This document shows, piece by piece, positions 16,965 to 25,921 of a DNA stretch of 42,019 nt. Position 1 is the first letter of the stretch. Each line of letters begins with the position of its first letter. Below the pieces are notes generated by a model, which was not told where the DNA came from, did not search any database, and saw only the letters and a program-made list of their open reading frames with translations. This stretch comes from a virus, in the UHGV virus genome UHGV-0388215. One strand, written 5' to 3'. Position numbers and translations under genes: made by a program.

Positions 16965-17127
16965 AGCCCCGAAATCACGCAAGCAAAAGAACTTCGCCCA
17001 GATAAACGGTGCTTGCAAAATGGCCCACCTCAGCGACGGACTGTCTCCCAAGGCTTGCCCCGTCTGCGGAACCGTCAGCAAGCTCAGGGTATGCCCATTC
17101 TGCCGCCATCGGCGGGGGAAGAAATAG
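16951..17127 (+). CDS. zinc-ribbon hypothetical protein
   Basis: Start at internal MSDEAPK; CPVCG...CPFC. Confidence 0.3.
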   Translation, partial: AMSDEAPKSRKQKNFAQINGACKMAHLSDGLSPKACPVCGTVSKLRVCPFCRHRRGKK

Positions 17128-17177
17128 AACCGCTATCCGGGGGCGCGGCCGGACAACAACGCGCAGGGAAAAATGAA

Positions 17178-17759
17178 ATGGCCAGAGTCACCCCCGAAGA
17201 ACTCGACTACATCCGAACCGCCGCCATTGGCGACATGCTCGGAGACTCCAAGGAACTCGACGGAATGGGGCCTGCGGTTACGATTTTCAGGCTGTGCCGG
17301 GAACTGGAACTAGCACGGAAACACGCCGTCACCATGTCAGAAGTAGCAGCCGCAGCATGGGGCGGGGAAATCCCGTCACCGTTGCCCGGTCATGTTTCCA
17401 GTGAAGAACAAATGGAGGAAATGTTTGACCGCCTGAACTGCCCTTTCTGCGGGGGGTCTGGTCACGTTGACGACTGCGACGAGATACAGATCAAACTCCT
17501 GCGAGAGCGTGATGAGGCGAGAGGTCAAATAGTTCAACTCTATTCTGTACTGAATCGTCTTGTTTCCTTCGCGGACAATCAAATTTGCAGACATGAGGAA
17601 ACGCATCGAGGAGGACTTATCTGGGAGATATGCGATTTCTGCGGGGCAAAGTGGGCCGATGATGAAGGTGGAAAGCCTGAGTTTGTGGAACCAAAAGAGA
17701 TAAAAGATGCTTACCGTGCTCTTTGGGAAATAGAGAAAATCATCGGAGAAAGAAAATGA
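17178..17759 (+). CDS. Cys-rich hypothetical protein
   Basis: Probable start MARVTPEEL; CPFCGG...CDFCG motifs; lower GC in 3' half. Confidence 0.35.
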   Translation: MARVTPEELDYIRTAAIGDMLGDSKELDGMGPAVTIFRLCRELELARKHAVTMSEVAAAAWGGEIPSPLPGHVSSEEQMEEMFDRLNCPFCGGSGHVDDCDEIQIKLLRERDEARGQIVQLYSVLNRLVSFADNQICRHEETHRGGLIWEICDFCGAKWADDEGGKPEFVEPKEIKDAYRALWEIEKIIGERK

Positions 17760-18010
17760 ACCTAACAAAAGAAGAGCGCGACCAGTGGCGCGAAAGACTG
17801 TCATCCCCATACACCTGTTTCGATGCTGACCATGCCGACTTCACCATCCGGCTGCTTGATGCGCTGGATGCTGCGGAGCGGAAGGCGTATTTGCTGGAAC
17901 AGTCCAATCTTTGGATAGCCGCTGTAGCATTTAACGGAACGGCTAGTGATTACGGAAGCCTGTATGGTCTTGTAGAAGCCGCTCACGAGGCCGTGGAGGA
18001 AGGGAGATGA
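17756..18010 (+). CDS. hypothetical protein
   Basis: ATGA-coupled ORF (MNLTKEERDQW...). Confidence 0.3.
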   Translation: MNLTKEERDQWRERLSSPYTCFDADHADFTIRLLDALDAAERKAYLLEQSNLWIAAVAFNGTASDYGSLYGLVEAAHEAVEEGR

Positions 18011-18225
18011 ACGAGTACGCGCTGAACGGCCTTGATGCGGAACTTGAAGAGCGGCAATGGGAAATCGGGGCAATCGTCGAACATCTGAGAGAAATGAAGG
18101 AACGATGTGGAGAGCATCGACGGTATCAAGACTTGCTCAAATGCGCTATCAACGATCTTCTCTATGTTGATGATTCACTTATGACAATCAGAAAAATGCT
18201 GGAGGAATCATGTCCGAAGAACTGA
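18007..18225 (+). CDS. hypothetical protein
   Basis: 72-aa coupled ORF. Confidence 0.3.
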   Translation: MNEYALNGLDAELEERQWEIGAIVEHLREMKERCGEHRRYQDLLKCAINDLLYVDDSLMTIRKMLEESCPKN

Positions 18226-18587
18226 CGTTGCTACCGTTACCGTGCCCAGCGTGTGGGCACCCTGCCGGAATTGCTAGAGCGAACGGTACAGGCTGTGCGT
18301 TCGTCATGTGCCAACATGTGAAATGCGCATTTAGTGGACCCATCAAAACAACGAGTGAAGCCGCCATTGCCGCATGGAACGCCCTGCCCCGTGCGCTGAC
18401 ATGGACGAACGAGCCGCCGAAGGTGCCGGGGTGGTACTGGAATAGAGATACCCGACACCCAAACGAAGCTGGTTTTCTCCTCGTCTCCAATTCACGGATA
18501 GAACAACTCCAAAGGATGAGTAAGCCAACTGAACAATGGGCAGGCCCCATCCCCGAACCGAAAGAACAAGGAGGACATGATGGATAG
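18210..18587 (+). CDS. lar: Lar-family restriction alleviation protein (N-terminal domain) with C-terminal extension
   Basis: CPACGHPAG...C..VMCQHVKCAFSG...EAAIAAWNALP matches Lar_restr_allev pattern. Confidence 0.55.
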   Translation: MSEELTLLPLPCPACGHPAGIARANGTGCAFVMCQHVKCAFSGPIKTTSEAAIAAWNALPRALTWTNEPPKVPGWYWNRDTRHPNEAGFLLVSNSRIEQLQRMSKPTEQWAGPIPEPKEQGGHDG

Positions 18588-19047
18588 CTGGACGTTGTGG
18601 AGCGAACAGCGCCCTACGGATGCCAAGATAGTATACCGCTGGCGTATCCCCGCACAGGAGATTCTGGGGCTGGTTATGCAGCCGGAATGGTCGGATAAAA
18701 TCTTTTCCCCCCTATGCCAACCTGATATTTATTGTCCGAGTTGTGCGAAATGGGACGGGTGGAAATGGCATATACCCAAAGGACTAGAATGGCGTGTTGC
18801 GTTGCCAGATGAGCCCGAAGGTGAAAAGGGAGTCGTATGGGGCGACCTTGGCTTGCTTCCATGCCCCTTCACCGGGAAACTTCCGACTGTAATCTACCAT
18901 GGTCGATATATCGGGGCTCCACCATACCATGCAGAATGGCTGGGCATAGCATCGCATATTGTCAGATCTATCGGATGGCATAGCGCCAAAGATATGCGCG
19001 ACGCATGGAATATGAGGTATATACCCGAACCCCGCGAACCGAAGTAG
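18577..19047 (+). CDS. hypothetical Cys-containing protein
   Basis: 156 aa; CPSC...CPFTG. Confidence 0.35.
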   Translation: MMDSWTLWSEQRPTDAKIVYRWRIPAQEILGLVMQPEWSDKIFSPLCQPDIYCPSCAKWDGWKWHIPKGLEWRVALPDEPEGEKGVVWGDLGLLPCPFTGKLPTVIYHGRYIGAPPYHAEWLGIASHIVRSIGWHSAKDMRDAWNMRYIPEPREPK

Positions 19048-19082
19048 CCCCGAAAGGGGCTTTCCTTTTTCTGGAGGAGAAC

Positions 19083-19577
19083 ATGCGAAGACCCATCAAC
19101 CCCGTAATCCCGTACCCGCACGAGGCCATCCAGCACACCCGCTGTGTTCTGGCCTTGTCCATGATCACCGTGGCGCTATCCCTCCTCAAGCCAGAAATGC
19201 TGGCACAGCTTGGCGACCTTGGCAGACAAGTCGAGAAGGTCAACCGCTGGATCGACCGATGCGCGGACGACACGCAGAAGCGCAGACTCTCCGCAGGCGC
19301 GAAGCGAGATCTGGATGCCCGGTTCCATATCCTTGCTGGGCACGTCGGGGATGTTCAGGCCGCTGCCGGGGACGCTTCCCGTTGGACGCAATGGGGCGCC
19401 GGGATGTGGGCCGGGCTGACCTTTCTCGAAGACGCCCGGAACACCTGCCCCGCCTACTTCCGGGGCCTTCATTGGCACAATCTGCTCAAAACGCTGACCA
19501 CGCTGTGCAATGCGCTCGAAAATGTCGACCCCCAGATAGCGGAGATCGGGACGCGGGTGTACGAGCGGGCCGCGTAG
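19083..19577 (+). CDS. hypothetical protein
   Basis: Start MRRPINP after hairpin GCCCC-GAAA-GGGGC plus T-run and GGAGGAG RBS. Confidence 0.4.
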   Translation: MRRPINPVIPYPHEAIQHTRCVLALSMITVALSLLKPEMLAQLGDLGRQVEKVNRWIDRCADDTQKRRLSAGAKRDLDARFHILAGHVGDVQAAAGDASRWTQWGAGMWAGLTFLEDARNTCPAYFRGLHWHNLLKTLTTLCNALENVDPQIAEIGTRVYERAA

Positions 19578-19586
19578 GGAGGAGAT

Positions 19587-19778
19587 ATGAGTGAGGCAGA
19601 AAAACTGCAAAAAATTGCCCAGATTATGTTGGAAAAAGAGAAGAAAGAAAAAGAAGTTGCAGCACTTAACCGCATGATTGCCGAACTTCTAGGAATATCC
19701 TCTACAGAAACAATGAAATTACCGAACAAGGTCTATTCATCAAATCAGTTTAAAGCTGCATGTAGGGGGGCAAAGTGA
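19587..19778 (+). CDS. small basic/coiled-coil protein, positional candidate for excisionase (RDF)
   Basis: 63 aa, low GC, GTGA overlap with integrase start; assignment by position only. Confidence 0.3.
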   Translation: MSEAEKLQKIAQIMLEKEKKEKEVAALNRMIAELLGISSTETMKLPNKVYSSNQFKAACRGAK

Positions 19779-20773
19779 GTTGGTCACAGAGATCTGACGG
19801 TCGATTCATTGTTAAATACAAAGACAAAGGACTATGGAAGCAGATTTCTTTCACAGATAAAGAGAAGGCCATACACTTTGACGCAATGCATAACGCTCCA
19901 AAAGAAGAAATTCGTCTCACTATGGGAGAATTGATCGTCAAGTATCTACATGGAAATCCGGATCTTTTTCATGAAACACGCGAGCGCATTATCTGGTTGT
20001 ATGCCGATGGTGGTCCATGCGCCTTCATGCGCGACAAATATGCAGATTCTCTAAATCGCCAAGACCTCGAACAGCTTCGGGAAAACATACGGGAACGCAA
20101 AGCCAGCAACAACACGTCAAACCACTATCAAGCATATACAAGGGCAATATTGGCGTGGGGAGTCGATCAAGGTCTACTTGTGCTTAACCCTTGGCGAGAT
20201 TTCAAAAAACTTAAAATATCAAAACCAATTCATACCGCAACGTTACTAGATCTGAAACGCTTATATCCTTTTCTTCCTCCCTATCTGCAATGGGCCGCAA
20301 AGACGGCCTTTTTTTTGGCACTTCGCCCGGGGATGGTTGAGCTTTTCAGCTTGAAATGGGATGCCTTCGATTTTAGGCGGGGAATCGTCTCAATCCGGCA
20401 AGGAAAAACAGGAAAGATCAAAAGTGTCTATCCGAACCCTGTGTACATGCAAGAAGCCGCCGCACGCTGTGCCGAAGACTTTAAACGAGGGGTAGCGCTG
20501 GTTTGCCACAACAACGGGAAACCAGTTCTGTCTTACCATAAGATGTGGGGAAAGGCGTGCCGACAGGCAGGGGTCAATTTACGATTCTATGACGTTCGAC
20601 ATCTTGCGGCTACGGAAATGCTCGCCCGTGGCGCTGACCTCGCCGCAGTCGCCGCGCAACTCGGTCACGCATCAGTCACGACAACCGGAAGCACATATGC
20701 CCACGTTACCCCGGGAGGGCAATCACATGCCGGATCACTCATGCCCGCAATCGACATCGAACCGAACTCATAA
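19775..20773 (+). CDS. int: tyrosine integrase
   Basis: 332 aa; catalytic R...HxxR (VRHLAAT) ... H..Y (HASVTTTGSTYAHV) arrangement; GTG start; lower GC; adjacent to tRNA-derived att core. Confidence 0.9.
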   Translation: MSWSQRSDGRFIVKYKDKGLWKQISFTDKEKAIHFDAMHNAPKEEIRLTMGELIVKYLHGNPDLFHETRERIIWLYADGGPCAFMRDKYADSLNRQDLEQLRENIRERKASNNTSNHYQAYTRAILAWGVDQGLLVLNPWRDFKKLKISKPIHTATLLDLKRLYPFLPPYLQWAAKTAFFLALRPGMVELFSLKWDAFDFRRGIVSIRQGKTGKIKSVYPNPVYMQEAAARCAEDFKRGVALVCHNNGKPVLSYHKMWGKACRQAGVNLRFYDVRHLAATEMLARGADLAAVAAQLGHASVTTTGSTYAHVTPGGQSHAGSLMPAIDIEPNS

Positions 20774-20776
20774 AGC

Positions 20777-20820
20777 CTTGGTGCAATCGTGGTGCATTTG
20801 GTGCGGTTTGGTGCAAGAAA
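20777..20820. repeat. four phased TGGTGC(A/G) direct repeats (putative integrase arm-type sites)
   Basis: ttGGTGCAatcgtGGTGCAtttGGTGCGgtttGGTGCAAG, spacing about 10 bp; TTGGTGCAAG recurs at about 20957-20966 with inverted GCACCAA at 20946-20952. Confidence 0.4.
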
Positions 20821-20856
20821 AAGGGCTTACATTTTCATGTAAGCCCTTGAATAAAC

Positions 20857-20890
20857 TGGCTCCCCGGGACGGACTTGAACCGCCAACCTA
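20857..20890 (-). other. attP core: 3' terminal about 34 nt of a tRNA (T-arm, acceptor, CCA), no 5' half
   Basis: Minus strand reads GGTTGGCGGTTCAAGTCCGTCCCGGGGAGCCA (GGTTCAAGTCC T-loop, 7-nt acceptor strand, CCA); upstream does not supply complementary acceptor 5' strand or D-arm. Confidence 0.6.
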
Positions 20891-20974
20891 GTGATTAACA
20901 GTCAAGCTTACATACTAGTAAAATCAATACGTTAAAAACATTTTCGCACCAAACGCTTGGTGCAAGCTATAAAA

Positions 20975-21013
20975 ATCCCCCTCCTCGGTTCGCGCCGGGA
21001 GGGGGATTTTTTT
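20975..21013. terminator. bidirectional rho-independent terminator
   Basis: ATCCCCCTCC ... GGAGGGGGAT 10-bp inverted repeat flanked by A-run and TTTTTTT. Confidence 0.6.
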
Positions 21014-21019
21014 GTGTCT

Positions 21020-21250
21020 TCAATCCGGCTTTTTCGCCACGAATCGGATCTCATCTCGGTGCTCAGGCAGCCATCTGCACTTATGCAGGCACCACCACGG
21101 CGTGATGATGAATCGACCATCTGCTTTCGCTTTCCTGTCGGGATGAGCACCCGACACGGCACAGTCCAGAGAACATAACATCAGGGCTTGGACGCGCTCA
21201 CCGTGTGGGCACCGCAAGTTTTCCTCTTCCTCGGGCATTGGTAGTGGCAT
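21020..21250 (-). CDS. Cys/His-rich small hypothetical protein
   Basis: 76-aa ORF ending at terminator, last gene of tail operon. Confidence 0.3.
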   Translation of the reverse strand: MPLPMPEEEENLRCPHGERVQALMLCSLDCAVSGAHPDRKAKADGRFIITPWWCLHKCRWLPEHRDEIRFVAKKPD

Positions 21251-21304
21251 GGCCTTCCCCCTTTTTTCTAAAGAGTCTAGCCATGCCTACGATTTTTGCA
21301 ATGG

Positions 21305-21724
21305 CTATGGTTCCACGGGCCACGGACAGGCCGGGTCATCCGGTCCATTCCACGGAAATCCCGGCTGTTGCGGCAAATCGCGGAGCGCTTGCCGATAGAC
21401 CTTGATCTCTTCAAGCTTGTCTTGTGAAATCGGATAGTCCGGTATGACAAGGTAATCAGTTTCAGCGATACGTCTATCGCGTTTTACGCGTACGCTAGCA
21501 GCGAGTTCTTCGGTTGTTGGTACGGGAGGGACATAGGGCTGCTCCTCGGTCACGCATTCTGGGTGCGCCTCGGCGTAGGCGAACACCTCGTCCCAAAGTT
21601 CCGCGAATGCGGCGGTATAGGGGTAGACGTGGTAGGGCATACCATTCTTCGTGATGACATAGGAATCGTCAGCGATGCGATGGATGATCTGCTTGTAGTC
21701 TTTCATATACTTCTCATGATTCAT
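21305..21724 (-). CDS. tail fibre assembly chaperone (Tfa)
   Basis: C-terminal ...YLVIPDYPISQD...YRQALRDLPQQPGFPW...WP motif pattern of Caudovirales Tfa. Confidence 0.6.
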   Translation of the reverse strand: MNHEKYMKDYKQIIHRIADDSYVITKNGMPYHVYPYTAAFAELWDEVFAYAEAHPECVTEEQPYVPPVPTTEELAASVRVKRDRRIAETDYLVIPDYPISQDKLEEIKVYRQALRDLPQQPGFPWNGPDDPACPWPVEP

Positions 21725-21729
21725 AGTTG

Positions 21730-22821
21730 TTACGCTAACCTGATGGCTATACCACCTTGGGTTTGTCCAGAATTCGTCCCGCCAGCCAAGATGATGCCAT
21801 GCATTAGCATGTCACTTAGAAGATAGACAAAAAGCCACGTTCCACCGCTGGGCATGTTATCGTTTGTGCCGATAAAAGCAGCATTCGGAGTTGCCTCTGT
21901 CTGATAAGCATATCGAACATGTATATAATCAGGAAAATAGGGACGCAGCTCCTGCGTTAGCGAATCTAAGCCGATAAACCATGAAGCCTCATTACTAGTA
22001 GATGCTTCAACGAAATTATGCCCCCCGAGCCCGTTCGCAAGCCCCGCGGAATCTGCATAGCCAGCGTTTGGGGCTTTTGTACATCCGGCTGATGTCGTGA
22101 CGATATTTCCGAGATCGGTAACATCCGCCTGCGCCTTCAATCCGCTAGAGCTCCATCCTATATATACCTTGTTCTCTTCTTGCCCCGTGCCGCCCCCCTG
22201 CTGCACGGGCGTAAAGCCAAGGTTTGCCTGCTTGCTGTTCGCCAGATCATAGGCCGTCTTCACGGCCTTCGCGGACGCCGCCGTCGTTGAATCCTCCAGA
22301 CTCACGCTGTCCGTGAGCTTCGCTGCGAGCGTCACGTCAGAGGAGAGCGGTCCGCCACCAGTGAGCCCGGTTCCAGCAATGACGCGCCGCGAATCTGGAA
22401 CAAAGCCGCTGGAGACAAAAGACGAGAGCGATACCCAGTAATGGCGATTTGCCTCTAAAATAGGGTCTTTTGCTCCAGTTCCCGATACATCTGGCCCGGA
22501 AGGTTGCAACGCGATGTACTCGACATCATCACTTCCTTTAACATGAGAGCCTGCGATATAGTTCAGCGTAGCTTGCCACGGGTAGACGCATCCGGATTGT
22601 TGGAAAAAGGCGTGTTGACCAAGCAAGTTGAAAAGCGCGTTCATCCACGCTCTTTCAACCATGACGCCGCCCGCGTCGGGGTCGACCTGCGTGATGAACG
22701 GAAAGAGATCCCGGAAAGAAGGAATGCCTTGACCTGTCGGGGTCGTCTCAGGGATCTGCACGGTATCCGCTGCATATCCCAAGACGTTGGGCATGATGCT
22801 AGGAGTCGAGGGGATAGGCAT
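21730..22821 (-). CDS. tail fibre protein
   Basis: 363 aa, between gp48-like baseplate gene and Tfa; Gly/Ser/Thr-rich. Confidence 0.5.
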   Translation of the reverse strand: MPIPSTPSIMPNVLGYAADTVQIPETTPTGQGIPSFRDLFPFITQVDPDAGGVMVERAWMNALFNLLGQHAFFQQSGCVYPWQATLNYIAGSHVKGSDDVEYIALQPSGPDVSGTGAKDPILEANRHYWVSLSSFVSSGFVPDSRRVIAGTGLTGGGPLSSDVTLAAKLTDSVSLEDSTTAASAKAVKTAYDLANSKQANLGFTPVQQGGGTGQEENKVYIGWSSSGLKAQADVTDLGNIVTTSAGCTKAPNAGYADSAGLANGLGGHNFVEASTSNEASWFIGLDSLTQELRPYFPDYIHVRYAYQTEATPNAAFIGTNDNMPSGGTWLFVYLLSDMLMHGIILAGGTNSGQTQGGIAIRLA

Positions 22822-23464
22822 CTACAGGGCCTCCATACGGCTGGAAAACGCCGTTGTTGAAATTCTGACCTCCGGATCCGGCGAAACCGAAGGTATGTTT
22901 AGGGATGACCTGATAGACGTCATAGCCGACGCCAGCAGGCTTTGGGGGCACGTCATCGCGCAGGAGAAGAGCCCGTTCGTATGGCTGGAGCTTGAACCCG
23001 ATGACGTAGCGGATTTTCATTGTACCGACATGCACGACGGCGATGTGGCCACGCGCCGAAAAAAGCCAGTGGACGATTTTGTTTATGTCGAGAAGGCTGC
23101 CGTCAGTGATGTTTGAAGCGGCCTTCATCCAGATCAAGAGCCGATAAGCATTGTCTTGCAAGACAAAAGTGTTCGACTTGCTCTCGTAAGCAAACGGGCC
23201 GTGCCCGAAGTTGCTGAGGTTTGATCCCGTAAAACCGAACGGTTTGATGTCCGTCGCCTTAACTTCAAGCGTCCGGGGGATGGCGACGATACGCCCCCAT
23301 ACGCCCAAACCCCATCCGAATGCTGTTTCGAGGTCAAAGACGGACTCATAAAACGTCGCAATATCTGCCGTGGGCTCAATGGCGGTATTCATCGATTCAA
23401 TGAGCGCCAGCAGTCGTTCCGAGTTGTCGTACTGCGAAAGTATCGTTTCCCGCCAATTATCCAC
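22799..23464 (-). CDS. baseplate/tail protein (Mu gp48 / DUF2313-like)
   Basis: 221 aa directly after Baseplate_J gene as in Mu and P2 (gpI position). Confidence 0.5.
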   Translation of the reverse strand: MDNWRETILSQYDNSERLLALIESMNTAIEPTADIATFYESVFDLETAFGWGLGVWGRIVAIPRTLEVKATDIKPFGFTGSNLSNFGHGPFAYESKSNTFVLQDNAYRLLIWMKAASNITDGSLLDINKIVHWLFSARGHIAVVHVGTMKIRYVIGFKLQPYERALLLRDDVPPKPAGVGYDVYQVIPKHTFGFAGSGGQNFNNGVFQPYGGPVDAYPLDS

Positions 23465-24710
23465 GGCCCGACCTCGTTTCGATAATAGTTACAGTGACGT
23501 TGTCGGAGACGAGCGTGGGGGCTTCATCTATATTGATGGTGATGTAGTCGCCCCATGTTGGGGAGCCTTCGCCAACGGGCGCCGCGATTTCGATGCTCAC
23601 CAAGTCGGTAACGCCCGTTCCGAGTACGGCGGAGTAAAAGCGGCTGGCGTACACCGTATCCCCGATATGCACCCTCTGCCCCGCATTTCCGCAGGCATCA
23701 GCGTTTTCTCCGTAAAATTCTGCGACAACAGCGGCCTTGATAAGTTCTTCGACGTTGCTCGGCATTGATGCATTTTTGCGGATAGTCACCTGAATTCCCA
23801 CCTGGAGCGATTCCGGGTGCTCAAAGAGCACTGTTTCGACCGCTCCGGTTACCGGATCAGTCACAGTGACGCTGGTGTTGCCGTTGTAATCACATCCGGC
23901 TGAACAACGGGCGTAAATGGCCTCAGCAATATCACTATCCGGAGCGCTGCCGACGACCGCCACATAGATTGAGTGCGGCTTGAGCGTGACGCCCTGCACT
24001 TCAAACGGTACGCTGGTTTTGTTCTCGCGCACACAGACATCAAGCACGCCATCCAGATCGCCGACGTTGGCATAGACGGCGGCGGCAACGCTCCGGGCGT
24101 TCTTCGCGACGCTGGCGTAGCGCCGGGACTCGAACGCGGCCCGGCTCTCGACGTTTTGCCCGGTGATCCCATCGGCGTTTGTAATCGTATCCCATCCGGG
24201 GATGGTTCGTACAATCGTAGTCACAGTTCCCTGCCGGATTTCAATAGGCCCCGGAACCTGACAGGCAAAATCAAGGATAATACTGCCGGATTGGGGGATC
24301 GTCCCTCCCGTCTGACAAACCAAAATGTTCCCGTCCGCATCTTTTGCAAGCGCCGGGGCTTCGCTGCCGATTCCGGGGATGACGGTGCCGGGAAGCCCCG
24401 TACAGGTACAGGGGACGACCGTGGAGCGTGCGGGCTGCCGGGTCAGAAAGTAAATCTTGGCGAGCGCGTCTTGATAGATACCCTCCGCAGTCTCGGGGTT
24501 GAACATATTCGCGAGGAACAAAAGCTGGCTGTTCTTGTCCTGCACGATGGCCGTTTCGGATGTGATGAGCTGTCCCTGCGGCGTGGCCGGATCCGGGTTC
24601 AGCCGATTGTCGAATGCCGCCTGCCAGTCCTGTTCCACAGCATCCCGGACGGTTGCGGTATCGGGTACGACCGGGCCGTTTTCGGTAAAATCGATGCTAG
24701 ACTGCGACAT
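23457..24710 (-). CDS. baseplate J-like protein (Mu gp47 / P2 gpJ)
   Basis: 417 aa; size, order and composition of Baseplate_J family. Confidence 0.7.
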   Translation of the reverse strand: MSQSSIDFTENGPVVPDTATVRDAVEQDWQAAFDNRLNPDPATPQGQLITSETAIVQDKNSQLLFLANMFNPETAEGIYQDALAKIYFLTRQPARSTVVPCTCTGLPGTVIPGIGSEAPALAKDADGNILVCQTGGTIPQSGSIILDFACQVPGPIEIRQGTVTTIVRTIPGWDTITNADGITGQNVESRAAFESRRYASVAKNARSVAAAVYANVGDLDGVLDVCVRENKTSVPFEVQGVTLKPHSIYVAVVGSAPDSDIAEAIYARCSAGCDYNGNTSVTVTDPVTGAVETVLFEHPESLQVGIQVTIRKNASMPSNVEELIKAAVVAEFYGENADACGNAGQRVHIGDTVYASRFYSAVLGTGVTDLVSIEIAAPVGEGSPTWGDYITINIDEAPTLVSDNVTVTIIETRSGRG

Positions 24711-25131
24711 CTGCGGTTTCCCCCGTTTCCGTGGTGATGCGGATTGTTCCAGTCAAAACGCGGCGGTCAAGCCGGGAAAGCTGCGTGTTGGCCTGCGCTA
24801 CGCCGGGGACCTCAAGCGCGCGTGCATTTGAGCGTGCCCGCACGAGTTCGGCGGGAGGGAGGGCCCCAAGCTCACGCATGAAGTACGGGATTCCGTCTTG
24901 CTGCACGTAGTACGGTTCTCCTTGGAATGTGCGTACATACGATGCGACATCCTGCACAATGCGCACAGCCCCCCCTGCAGAAGCAAGATTGCCCTCCACG
25001 GAGAGCGTCAAATCCCACTGTTCATCAAGACGTAATGATAGGAGCCCCGAATCTACCACTTCGGCAGTTGCTTGCACTTCATCACGAATATTAGACAGTG
25101 CGCGGATATTCAGAACCGCTCGGAAATTCAT
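24697..25131 (-). CDS. baseplate wedge protein (Mu gp46 / gpW-like)
   Basis: 144 aa immediately upstream of baseplate J. Confidence 0.5.
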   Translation of the reverse strand: MNFRAVLNIRALSNIRDEVQATAEVVDSGLLSLRLDEQWDLTLSVEGNLASAGGAVRIVQDVASYVRTFQGEPYYVQQDGIPYFMRELGALPPAELVRARSNARALEVPGVAQANTQLSRLDRRVLTGTIRITTETGETADVAV

Positions 25132-25910
25132 GAAGATCCTTCTTCCGCTTTTACAGATTCAGCAAACCGAGCCTGCGCAGCGGCGACAAGCGTCGCTATG
25201 TCCCGCCACTCTCCATCGCCACACAGCACGTAGGTGGCTTGCCCGGCGGCTGCGGGCGGCACAAGGCCGCTTGTCCCGGAGGTAGATGCCGTCGCGCCTT
25301 CGTACTCAGGCACGGAGATGATGCCGTTTGTGTCGCGAATGCCGTCGCCAATTGATTTTTCGGAGACTATTTTTGTCCAATTTAACCACGATGTAGGCGT
25401 TTCTTCGGTACCTGTCGTGAAAAGCCCGATTCGCATAGCCGCCGCATTCGTCGTCGCGTTAAAAGCATACTGAACAACTCGTCTTCCCTGATTTGCTACA
25501 TTTCTTTGATAAACGACGATAACTTGTTGGCCGCTCCAATTGGGGCCATTTGTGCTATTCGCCTCCGGGCTGTATACGCCTTGCTTGACAAGTGTATTAA
25601 AATCTACGGTTCCAACAATTACGGCGTTCCCGATCTGTCCCCGCGCACTCGCCAGATCCTCAAGGTTCCCCCCAATCGCCACGTCCTTCACGGTGATCAC
25701 CCCTCCCGCTTCGGTCGTGGTCTTCCCATCGACAAAGTTTGAGGCTTGAGCGCGCTCAAGTGCCTCGTTTGCCGTGGTTTGTGCAACTATCGCAGTAGAC
25801 TGTGCTGTGTCTGCGGCTCCCTGCACTTGCTGAAAGAACCGTGTGGTTTGTCGCTCGAATTCGCTGCCGGACAGCGGTCCTGTAGGCGGCTGGTACTGAA
25901 AATCAGGCAT
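25128..25910 (-). CDS. hypothetical baseplate-associated protein
   Basis: 260 aa, Thr/Gly/Asn-rich, between spike and gp46-like genes; extra relative to Mu order. Confidence 0.35.
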   Translation of the reverse strand: MPDFQYQPPTGPLSGSEFERQTTRFFQQVQGAADTAQSTAIVAQTTANEALERAQASNFVDGKTTTEAGGVITVKDVAIGGNLEDLASARGQIGNAVIVGTVDFNTLVKQGVYSPEANSTNGPNWSGQQVIVVYQRNVANQGRRVVQYAFNATTNAAAMRIGLFTTGTEETPTSWLNWTKIVSEKSIGDGIRDTNGIISVPEYEGATASTSGTSGLVPPAAAGQATYVLCGDGEWRDIATLVAAAQARFAESVKAEEGSS

Positions 25911-25921
25911 AACACCCCCCG

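Noticed and set aside
20857-20940. Complete tRNA gene on minus strand
   Set aside because: Only the T-arm, acceptor 3' strand and CCA are present; no complementary 5' acceptor strand, D-arm or convincing anticodon stem upstream; interpreted as the phage-borne att core copy of a tRNA 3' end
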